Positions 42,317-54,351 of a stretch of 64,000 nucleotides of DNA are shown here, piece by piece. The notes below the pieces were generated by a model that was not told the DNA's origin, did no database searches, and saw only the letters and a program-made list of their open reading frames with translations. The position numbers were made by a program, and so were the translations under genes. Source of the DNA: Octopus vulgaris (taxonomy: Eukaryota); the NCBI GenBank assembly GCA_951406725.2, contig OX597814.1, forward strand, positions 158,658,001 to 158,722,000, read 5' to 3'. How positions within the stretch are numbered: the stretch's first letter is position 1; every line of letters starts with the position of its first letter.

Positions 42317-43756
42317 GCTATGTATACATTTAGTTGTTTGTCTATGTATATGAGTAGAAAAAAAATCATCAAAAATATAATTAATTGCATTGAATATTTT
42401 TAAAACTGAAAATTAAATATTTATAACTTTTACTTACACTGAGTGTTTCTAATTAAGGTTGCTGTCATAGTAGGCTCAGTTTCGCCAAATTCATTTTCAG
42501 CTTTAACACGGAAAGCATAACTTTGTTGAGGGTGGATATCTCTGACATGAAATTTATTTTCAGTTAAATCCGTTATGAGAGGATGCCAAGCTTTTGCCCA
42601 TTGCTCTTTCACTTCAACTGTGTATTTTATCGGAGATAATTTTCCATAAGCTGGAGTTCTAGCACTAAACCATCGAAGTGTCAAAGAATTCTCGGTTACA
42701 TCCTGAATCAAAGGCCGATCCAATGGAAGACGAGGTGGAACTGAAGAAAAAAGTAATTCAATACCTTTTACTTTAAAACATTCAGTTTCTTACCAGTACA
42801 TCAGCAGTCAAATACAATTTTTTTAATGGTCCCAAGTGTTTATTTTTTTAATTTGTGAAATGTGCTTTGTCAAGTTGTTTATCATAACAGTAGTGCTTGT
42901 GTATTTAATTTAATATTCTTTGTGAACATTTGGAAAAGCCAAGTATATTTGTTTTGTTAACTCCAATGAAAACTTGTGAGATTATATACCAGCTATATGA
43001 ATCCCTGAGTAGAGAACTTATCCAACAGCAAACAGGTAAGAACTGAGAGACAACTCAATGGAGGAGCACCTACCAAACTGGAATCTTACATGTATGTAGT
43101 GGGCTTACAGTGCTAAGAATACTTTCTCTCATGAGAATAGTGTAGAATATACACATGGAGGTAGCAAGCTTATTATATGCTAAGAATACTTCCTCTCACA
43201 CGAGAATTGTATACAATATTCATAGTACACTAAAGTTAAAGGAAGAGAAAACTTAACAAGAATTAGTTAAGAGTTATTTCACTAGGGAAAAAAAAATCTG
43301 AATTGGAATTCTTTCAAATTTTTTGTTGCCAATATTTGTTACCACTGTGCATTCTTAGAGAAAGAAATAGAAATATACATACATAAATTGTTAGAGTTAG
43401 TCTTTTTATGACTAGATTCTCTTGCTTGTATCAACCACTCAACAGTTAATCCACTTAACTGTTATCAAAAACTTTTTTGGTTACAATGAGGTTGTGACTG
43501 TTCTAATACCAATTGTTGCTATTTTAATTTTACCTGCTGAATCCATCAGAAAAAAGCATGAGCATCAGAGTTCCCATTTCCCTAAGAACCTTAAAAGCTT
43601 TCTATTTCAAGAAAATGTTACTTGTATGTAACCAGCCTGAATTATATACAGTTTTTGCTGTCGTTTAACCCAGCTGTGACCTGATCAGGTAATAAGAACT
43701 AGACTAAAACAAGTAAATGATGCTTCAACCATGACATTCCAGCTTTTATTTGACAC

Positions 43757-43795
<39 letters not shown>

Positions 43796-46700
43796 ATGTG
43801 TGTATAAAAGGTTAAAGACGCCCTTCAGTCATGGATGACCATAAGATTGCTCCCAGAAAGTTCCCCTCAAAGGCACAAATCCAAGCAGGGTTGTTTATAT
43901 AAGACCAGCAGTTGCCCATGCATTCCAGCCTCCCCTCTACATGCCACTGATGTTATCCAAGGGAAAGGCTGATACAGCTTGGCACCAGTGACATCGCACC
44001 TCATTTCTGCAACTGAGCAGACTGGAGCAATGAGAAATAAAATGTCTTGCTCAAGAATACAACACACAGCCAGGTCCAGGATTCAAACTCACAACTTCAT
44101 GATGTTCAGCCTGATACTCTAACCACTGACCCATGACAAGTGAATATGATTTGAGATTTGGCTGCTGTTTCTAACAGGTGGAGTAACAACATAAAGGCCT
44201 CCTCACTGGCCAAAGTTACATCAAGTTAAGCTTACAGAACAGATAATCTAATCAATAGCTACAGACATAAAAAAATATATCATTAAAAAATAAGTGATCA
44301 TCGTTTCTGCTGGCTCACCACCTTAGTAATTGAATAATAATGAAGCAAAGTTTGTCACTTAAGTTGACAGACACTTCTCATAAGCAGACTTTTTAAATAA
44401 TTGTTTATAAATGTTTCAATATTCAGTAGTAGAAGAAAATTGCTTGATGCCAGAGTAATATTTTGTTAAAACAATGTCATTTTGAAGAAAAATTCTTCCT
44501 GGAAAATAAATGCACATATCAATATCACTTTTTAATCTTTTAATCCTTGAAATTCAGTTTAAAGATTTTAATATAAGTAACATCAAATTATTTATTATTA
44601 TACTTATTGATTGAAAATAAGATAAGGGAAAATTTTTTTCATTACCTTTCTCACCATCAAAATTTATCCAATCTATCTCTTCTTCACCATTTTCATTAGT
44701 CTCTGGATGATCATAATCCTCAGAGAGCCCTACAAAGAATGTGTTAGAAAAGATGTCACATTTGAACTTAATAATACTAGATCAAAATGAAATTCAGGGA
44801 TAAAGCAAAAATAATGAAATATCAAACAGAAATCATTAAGTTTCATTGTTTCAACTATTTGAACTTAAGTCCAAGTACATTTCACTTCTAATCCTTTGCA
44901 GGATCAATTAAAAATAAATACCAAGTATGTGCTTATGCCTGTTAACTTGGTAGTCTTGACCTTTTGGAATTTAAATACACCATATTCAACCTAAATATTC
45001 TATTTGCTTTATGTCCAGACTAACCAGATCTGGCTTCACACACCTACCCTACAATGTTATTCTAAAGATATACAATAATATCATTGAACTCTTGAAGCTT
45101 CAAGATAATGCATGATTAATTCAAAACAATGTAAATAATAAGAGTAACATTTGATGAGAAATATGAATGCTAAAGAGTTAATTCCTCTCCTAATTTAACA
45201 CCTCTCTCTTGTCTTTGCTTGCTTGTAGCACAATTCATTCTTTTATTAACATTTATACCAGGTCATCATTTTTTGCCACTTGTTTTCAAAACCATCCTTA
45301 TAGCCTTGATAATAAGGGCATGACAAAAACCCTTTCTCATCTGACTGAACCACAAAAATCAAAAATGCAATATATTTGACTTAGGATATAAGAAATTAGC
45401 ATTGCATCAGAATAACTATATCATAACTATAAGGCAAGTTTCCTCAATCTTTTAGTCCCAAATGATATTGAGTTATAGCTATTATTATTCTGAAACATTG
45501 CATATTAATTTGAAGCTGTTGTCATAAATTAACTTTATTGTATAATTTCATATTGCATTTCTTCCTGAGACACAGCACCAATATTTTTATGATAACAGCC
45601 AATTGAAACCAATATATTATTAAGAAAAGGGTCAGGCCATCACTAAGTGGGGAACATGTATACTATGTTCTCTATATATACTATGTTCTCTATTGATATA
45701 ATTGGTTTTGTTCCTTATTCTTTGTTACTGCTACTTTTGATTTATTTGCTTTGAACAACAGTTTTTAGATGGTTGGTGTAGGTGTGAAATGATATATTGA
45801 CACATCACAGTTGTCAGTGAGCAACTGTAAAATGTCAGCATAAGAGGCTGTGTGCATGTTTTATGAAGTTTTGAGAAGGTAGCATAAGAGTTTAAAAAAA
45901 AGAGTAGCTATGAGAACAGAAATGCACCAAAAAGAGAATTATAATTGTTGTTGTCAGTCAGCTATTGATCTAGTAGACCTATGACAGAAGTGATACCACT
46001 GTGACCAGTGCCCATCTCTTTTATATATCAAGGACTATGACCTTTTGTCCTATGACCATTTTTTTTTACAACAGGAAGATGTGGTGTGAAAAAGATCAGG
46101 CTGCCATTTCTAGCAAATTAAGCAACTGCTAAGAGGCTCACTGTTGTCGTTGTTGCTGTTTAGGCACTTATCAGCTCTGATCAAGTAAACTTCCTGCTTT
46201 TTTTTAGTTTTTTTTAGATAGAATGTATTTAGGATCACAACATTCAGTATGTCCTATTTTAAGACGGTAGGGTGATGTTTCTTGCAGGCTGAGAAGGAAT
46301 AAAGGTTCCCTGTTGTCAACAGAGGTAACAGCTCTGTAAACGTAGCTCATAGTTTATTACACTATCATTATCACTCCTCCAGAACCAATTATGTAGTCTA
46401 ACTAAAAGACACAATGATGTTTCCTCAAAGTTTTATACTTAATGTGTGAAAAATCTTGTACAATTTTTTTCCTGTAATTAATATGTATACATTGAATACT
46501 TACTTATGCATTGAATACTTATATTTTAAAATAATTTTAACATTGCCTATGTATCATGGTCAATAAAATTACTATGTTGGCATGAATCAGATTCTCAGAA
46601 GATCCATCACCAACATCAACAAAAGCCTTGTATTTGCACATAAATTTACTTCAAAGGAAGTATATTAAAGATATTTGCAAGCATTCTACTAAAATAATTT

Positions 46701-49687
46701 CATCAAAAGTATTCTAGCTTTATAGATATTAAGGAACTTTATCAAAAGAAAGCTTACTGAAAATTTATAAACATTTACTAAGACAAAGATTTCATAAGCT
46801 CCAAAAGTTTTCCTTTGATAAAATTCTTTAAAATATTTTAATATACTTCCTTTAAAAACTTTTTATGCAAGAATAATAGGTTTACTATTGAGTGAGGCTA
46901 TTATGAGGTGGCTTTGTTCCTATTGCTATATAATCCAAGTGTGATTGCATTCTTTTATTCAAAGCATTTACTTCAGATTATATTCTATACAATGAATTAC
47001 TCTCTTCAATTTTTTTGTTCTATTAAATAAAGAAATCAATGAGTATCATTGTTACATTGTACAATGTCACAATAACATTCATAAATTCATATATATCATT
47101 AAATTTGCTAGAGATAATTAAATCAAAACGTTTTCAATTACAAAGCTAGTTGCCAAGCTATCGAGATATTTGATGCGTAAATCTTGACATATAGCACAGT
47201 TTACGAAGGTTTGCAAAATATATCAGGCAAAACTTCACAAAATAACATATTTAATTAACTCAATTAATTTTTCTCTCTTCTTTCTTTGATATTTACCCAT
47301 TTTTTTTTTTTGTAAACACTGTCAATATTAATTGAACTCCCATCCAAGTAACTCCTGATTCTCATTAACATATCCAAAGAACATTCACCTAAACAATTTC
47401 TCAGCTTGTATGTATGAAAGATTCTCTCAATGTTCATCAACTTTGCAAGCTCACAAAATGGTTCATTTTTATGTACAAAGACCACAATAGGAGCAAAGTT
47501 TGGAATCAATTTGGATTTAAGTAGTTCTTGCATGGAAAATTTTTAATTTTTGAAATTATTTAACTGTTTATCACAATATTTTCAGCTAGAAAACAATATT
47601 CTATACATAAGGTATATATGCTTGTTCACTGGAAAATGTGAAGTTTCAATCTGTGGTTCAAGAGAAATAAAAAGCTGACCCTTCTTATAAGTCATCTTCT
47701 GTAAATCTTTCCTCTAAAGGAATGGAAAAATCATATATAAAAATCGACACGCTTATCTCTTCTGTTACATTTTCTTCATATTATCAGCTTAGCAAAGTAT
47801 TAAGTTGCTGTTTTTTTATTTTATTTCAAGCAAAATAAAGTAAATAAACCACTGACAAGTCACTCTTTTGCCAAATTTTGCACAGTGTAGCCAGTTCTTC
47901 AATGACATCACTTAAAAACACAAAAAGCTACTTTGTATGAGATGCTTATCAATTTAACCAGGTTTTAGTTGACCTATTTTCTTCAAGGTATGTGAATAGG
48001 GATTTAGTGTTCTGCATTTTTACTGTTGTTAACAATGCAAAGTGTCCAGAAAGCCACATGATTTCAGTAAGTGATTTCTTTTCAATAACCTCTGCAATTT
48101 TTTTTTAATATACATCTTCTAATTGTAGGTTTAAAAATAAAACATCATATAGATACTTCTCATCAATATTTCAATATTTTTTATAAACTTCTTTCTAAGC
48201 ATCACAAATCCTCAGATATTCATGGTATTTCTGAATAAAATGCAAAATTTCTTGTTTTTCTGTCTTGCTTCATCACTCACCCTAACCTGACATTCCACCA
48301 CATAAACTTCACCATTTTATGGAATACAAATTTCTTTACTTCAGGGAATTGTTTGATACCAGAAACAATAGAAGCTTCACACACATGCAGGTAACCTATT
48401 CCTCAAAAAGAAAATGTTTTATCTGCAGAAAAATCTTTAAATTTGAATCTGAAATACAAGATGAGGCATTTTTTAGCAGTCATGTTTATGCCTTTATTAA
48501 CTCTTATAAAAGAGTTTAGGTGATTATTGGTTTGAAGACCAGAGGCCAAGCAGGACTTGTGAATATCTGAGGGGAACTCTTTCTAAAACAAGCAAAAAAA
48601 TGAGGAATCATTCGAATCTTGAGAAGACAATCTTTTGGGGCCCCAAAAGCAGTTATGTTTCACCTTGGAAAATTTCACTTGGAGACTCTGGCTTTCATGA
48701 ACTGCTAATGCAAAAAACTGTTGATGCTATTTCTTCAAACATGTCTTGCTGAAAAATACAGCTGATAGACTCCAGAAATGAAAACACAATTTCTGCTTCT
48801 CCAGCTGCCTGAAATAAATATTGCTATATATCTGTTAATGTATTGAACTGAGTTTTCATTTTAATAACTATAAAACCACTGTTGATAAGAACTTTGATCC
48901 TCTCAGGGTTTGATCATTTTGATCTAGCTCAAGTACAAATATAAGGTTAAGTTTTCAGACATATAGATATTCATGTATGGGTGTGTATATGTATATTTAT
49001 GTGAAGTGCCATAAAATATAGCTTCTAACCTTGTATTTGTACAATGTAAATTTTAAGAATCATCACAATAACCTTTACTTTATAAGACCAATATTGCCTT
49101 CAAATAAATTCATTATAAATTTATTAATCAATACAAAAGTCTTACAATATCATATGCCACTTTAGTGGAACCCAATGAACAGAATGCAATAAATCGCACC
49201 TAAATTATTTTCTACTTTTTCCCAGTTCAATGAACTAAGTATCCAAAAGTCAAGTATGTCATATGAATTCACTGAGACCATAAATGTCCCTTAATAGAAT
49301 TTTGAAATTCTTTGAAAATCATCCCTTTTTTTCTCTTTTCTCCATTTTCTTCAGCATTTTCTTCTCACTACTCTTTTCTCTTTCATTGTTTCCACTCTTT
49401 GTTACTTAACTGAATGTCTAACTAACAGCTACAACCAAGTTTGCTTTTAGAGTCACCTGATTGGAACAGATCGATAGACAGGTATGTAAACTAGCTTCAG
49501 AAATGGCAATGACTTACAATCAGTAGGTTTGCATTTCTTCTATGTGTGTGTACATACACTCAGTCACAAACATGTGTATGTAGATTGATATATGCACACA
49601 CAAGCACATACACACACATGGTGAACTGCAGATTACTAGCTCCATCAAATGTTAATTGGAACACACAGAGATTTTGTTACTTTTTAG

Positions 49688-49761
<74 letters not shown>

Positions 49762-49932
49762 GTGGCATTCTGATAAAATATTTGAGAAAAGTTATATTAA
49801 TATATCTTGTTTGTTGAAAATCCATATTTCTTGCAACTGAAGATGGTACTGTACTTAAATTGATGTAATGCTTGCATTGTTCAATTAAATGATCATATTG
49901 CATTAATACTTGACATCTTGTTACTTATTTTG

Positions 49933-49983
<51 letters not shown>

Positions 49984-51024
49984 TATATATACATAAACGT
50001 ATTTTAATTGAAACCATGTTATTGTTTTGGAACCCTTAAATGGTTGAGGAACTTTTGTGATTTCAGTTCTAGTTGAATAAATGCTGATTTCTGTCAGCAT
50101 GGAACCATGGGTTCCAGGAAGCTGGCTTTGCATTAAGAAACATTGTTTATTCACTTACCCTTTACTGAGAACTCATTGCTGCAGTCCATTACTAACATGT
50201 GTGTGTGTGTGTGTGTGTACGTGCACGTGTACTTGAACATATGTGTTTGAATTTTGCAAACATTTAAGTAACTAAATTTCAACAGTTGACTTACCATTCG
50301 TTGCTGCCCTGTGTAAAGTAACAGGCAATGAAGCATCTCCTGCTCCAAATTCATTATGACATCGTACTCGAAAAGAATAATTCTGGTCTGGCAGGAGCTG
50401 ACCAACTTGATTCCTTGTAGTAAGCAAATTGGAAATAATGGTGACCCATTCTGACGAAGGAGGCGTTTTCATTTCTATGCTGTAACTAATTGGCTTTGTC
50501 ATAGCAATTTCTGTAGTTGTTGGCACTGATGCTGGTTTCCACACTAACCATGCAACATCAGAGCCATCATCTGTTAACTCAGGTGGATCAATAGGCATTC
50601 GAGGAGTAACTGCAATATAGTTTGAACCAAACAGAAATTAAATTACATTGTATTGACATTTATTCAACACATAAATATCAGATATTAATGGAGATATATT
50701 GATGCAATTCACATAATATACTGACAGAAAAAATGGTGTGAAGAGAAGTAAATATATAAAAACAAGAAAAAAAAAGCTAAACATTATTCAAGTCTTGCTT
50801 CTCTATAATGTGCATTATAATGAGGTTAGTGTTGTTAATTTTAGGTTTAACTTATTTTCTGTTGATTATCTCATATCACATTGTTAATTATAGATTTCCA
50901 AAGAATTATTTTTTCTGTTTTCTTACACAATTTACAGTCAAAATACATATGTGCATTTACTTTCACACACACACACACATGCACACACACACACACACAC
51001 ACATACTCGCAAGTGTGCATTTAT

Positions 51025-51096
<72 letters not shown>

Positions 51097-51159
51097 AAAA
51101 CTGCATACCTATAGACACATGTACATACACATATATAAACGTGTTTGTGTGTGTATGTA

Positions 51160-51217
<58 letters not shown>

Positions 51218-51272
51218 ACCACATGCCTACATACAGATACATACACACACTATACATCAATGTATATACAAA

Positions 51273-51308
<36 letters not shown>

Positions 51309-51566
51309 CATGTGCATGTGTACGTACGTGTGAATGTGTGTGTGCATGTACAGTAAGCTTCTGCACAGAGTCTGTCAACCAAATTCCTATCACAAAGCAT
51401 TAGTCAACTCAAGGCTATGACAGAAGCTTTACAGTAGGATTAAACCCTGAACTAAATCCATGCAAACCAAACTTCTAGAGAACCATGCCATCTTAACACC
51501 CATACCTTCATTTTCACAGAATATTATTGGTAAAGTTGCTAGAATATTATAAGTTCTTGAAAAAAA

Positions 51567-51607
<41 letters not shown>

Positions 51608-53160
51608 TATATAGGGGCAGGAGTGGCTGTGTGGTAAGTAGCTTGCTTACCAACCACATGGTTCCAGGTTCCGTACCACTGCATGGTACCTTGGGCATGT
51701 GCCTTCTTCTATATCCTTGGGCTGACCAATGCCTTGTGAGTGGATTTGGTAGACAGAAACTGAAAGAAGCCTGTCGTATATATGTATATATATATATATA
51801 TATATATAATATGTATGTATGTATGTATGTATGTGTGTGTATATGTTTGTGTGTCTGTGTTTGTCCCCCCAGCATCACTTGACAACCGATGGTGGTGTGT
51901 TTACGTCCCCTGTAACTTAGTGGTTCGGCAAAAGAGACCGATGGAATAAGTACTAGGCTAACAAAGAATAAGTCCTGGGGTCATTTTGTTTGACTAAAGG
52001 TGGTGCTCCAGTATAGCCACAGTCAAATGACTGAAACAAGTAAAAGAGTATAAGAATATATCTGGACATCACACATCATATACAAACTGTTCTAGGAAAC
52101 AATTCATCAACATTGTATTAACTGTTTCAATATATTTTTTATTTTGTGTTTTTTCATATTCTATATCTTTTTCGTGTATGAAGGAGCATTACTTAGTGGT
52201 TAGAGTATTCAGCTCAAAATCGTATGGTCATGAATTCGATTCCCAGTGGCATGTTGTGTTCTTGAGCAAGACTCTTTATTTCACATTGCTCCTGTCCACT
52301 CAGCTGGCAAAAATGAGTAGTACCTGTATTTCAAGGGGCTGGCCTTGTCACACTCTGCATCACATTGAATCTCCCTAAGAAGTATGTGAAGAGGTACTCT
52401 TCGATCTTCTGTGATGTGATCTTTGCAGTGTGGGGTCGTGCATTAACCTGACGAAACATCACTCCTTTTTGATTCACTAAAGTGGGTCTTTTTTTCTTCA
52501 AAGCTTGGTTCAAACACCCTAATTGCAGGTGAAAAGTGCTCAGCCACTTACACGTTAATCTCACAAGCAAGCTATTCTGTTGATCGGATCAACAGGAACC
52601 CTCGTCATCCTAAGCAATGGAGTGCAAGTGTATATTGTGTTTGTGTTTTTGTCATCGATTTCTGATGGAACATGTAATGGTTCACTTGAGCTTGTCCCCT
52701 TGCCTATGTTATGGAGCTTAATCAAATTACTCATAATATGTTTATTGCCGGTTTTCCCTGAGATGATTTAAGGCCAATAGTACTGGTTAATGAAACATTT
52801 ATCAATTATACAGTATTCTTACCACTTATAGCAATTGTTTTTGACTACTAGTAATTGGCAGTGACACCATTTTTGCTAAAGTTTCTTGTCAAAATTTTGC
52901 TTTCAAATTGGTATCATGTTCAATTATTTTTTTCGTTTTTCAAAAGCTAAGAACAACTAAAAGCAGATATAGCAGATATGATACAGAAGAAGATTTCATT
53001 ACCATATATTTTCCAATAAATGATGGCATCATAAACTCAACCTATCTTACTTTCTCTCTCTCCTTCTCCTTCTCTCTCCCCTCCTTTCTCTCTATCAACC
53101 CTTCTTTCTCTTTCCCTCTGTCTTTGTCTCCTTCTTACTCTCCCTCTCCCTCTCTCTCTG

Positions 53161-53217
<57 letters not shown>

Positions 53218-53324
53218 CTCTCTATTTCCCTCTCTTCTCTCTAAATATCTCTCTAAATCTCTCTAAATCTCTTGCTAAATCTCTCTCTTTTTTCTCTCTC
53301 TCTCTTTTTCTCTCTCTCTGTTTA

Positions 53325-53380
<56 letters not shown>

Positions 53381-54271
53381 TCTCTTCATTAGGATTAAAA
53401 TATCAGTGATTTAAAAAACTAATTCAGCTAAATGTTACTTAACTATTAGTACTTTTAAATATATTCTGTTTAATTTCCCCCAAAAGAAATCTATTCAAAT
53501 ATAATGTCATTCACAATTGTTCGATGAAATACCAGCTTGAAAGCTAGAAAGAATGATTCCAAAAAAGCTAAGGAAGTTATGCTATGTCTACAAAATAATA
53601 AGTATAAACAAACCAGAATTCATAAACATTATAGATATAGATTATATCAAGATATATTTGCAATAAAGCTCAGTATATATTATTCTTTATTCTGTTCTTC
53701 AATAGCATTACATCTTCGATAGTTTATTATTTTCCTCTTACATTTTGATTCCATGGTTTCTGAAATATTGCCAAATAAAAAGCAATTTTGCTCCATTTCT
53801 TCTTTCCTTGAATAATAATATAGAGCCAAAGATAAACAAGTATTCCTAATATACGTATGGAACTAGCGTTGAACAAAGTATTGTCATGTCTTTTCTAGCA
53901 TATTCTGTTTTTATTGTGTGAGTTTGTATGTTTGGCATATTCTAGTTTAGATTATGACATAAAACACCATAAAACATCATAAAACACAATCACTACACAA
54001 GAAAATGTTAATGCAATTCACCCTTTAAACATGAACAACACTCAGCTAGAACTTTTGCAGTTACTCCAAATGCTGGGCTAGCCATCACTGAGGGACATTC
54101 CCAATATAAGCACACATTCTATATAGAAAATTCAGCATCTCAAAGACTGTTTTTTTTTCCTTCTAATCAGAAATTACATCAGTATTTATTTGCCACTAAC
54201 CTTCTAGAAAACAGGTGAGACCCACAATGGAACAATACTCGCACATTTAGATGGAACTGCTATCATACACA

Positions 54272-54351
<80 letters not shown>

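Noticed and set aside
40233-42333. Many overlapping YI/HT/CV/YVCM ORFs (also 50808-51882, 52908-53414, 54204-54631)
   Set aside because: Stop-free frames of di- and tetranucleotide microsatellites.
52560-52760. Open minus-strand frame after a ctcag acceptor
   Set aside because: Runs into SINE sequence and a stop without a usable donor.
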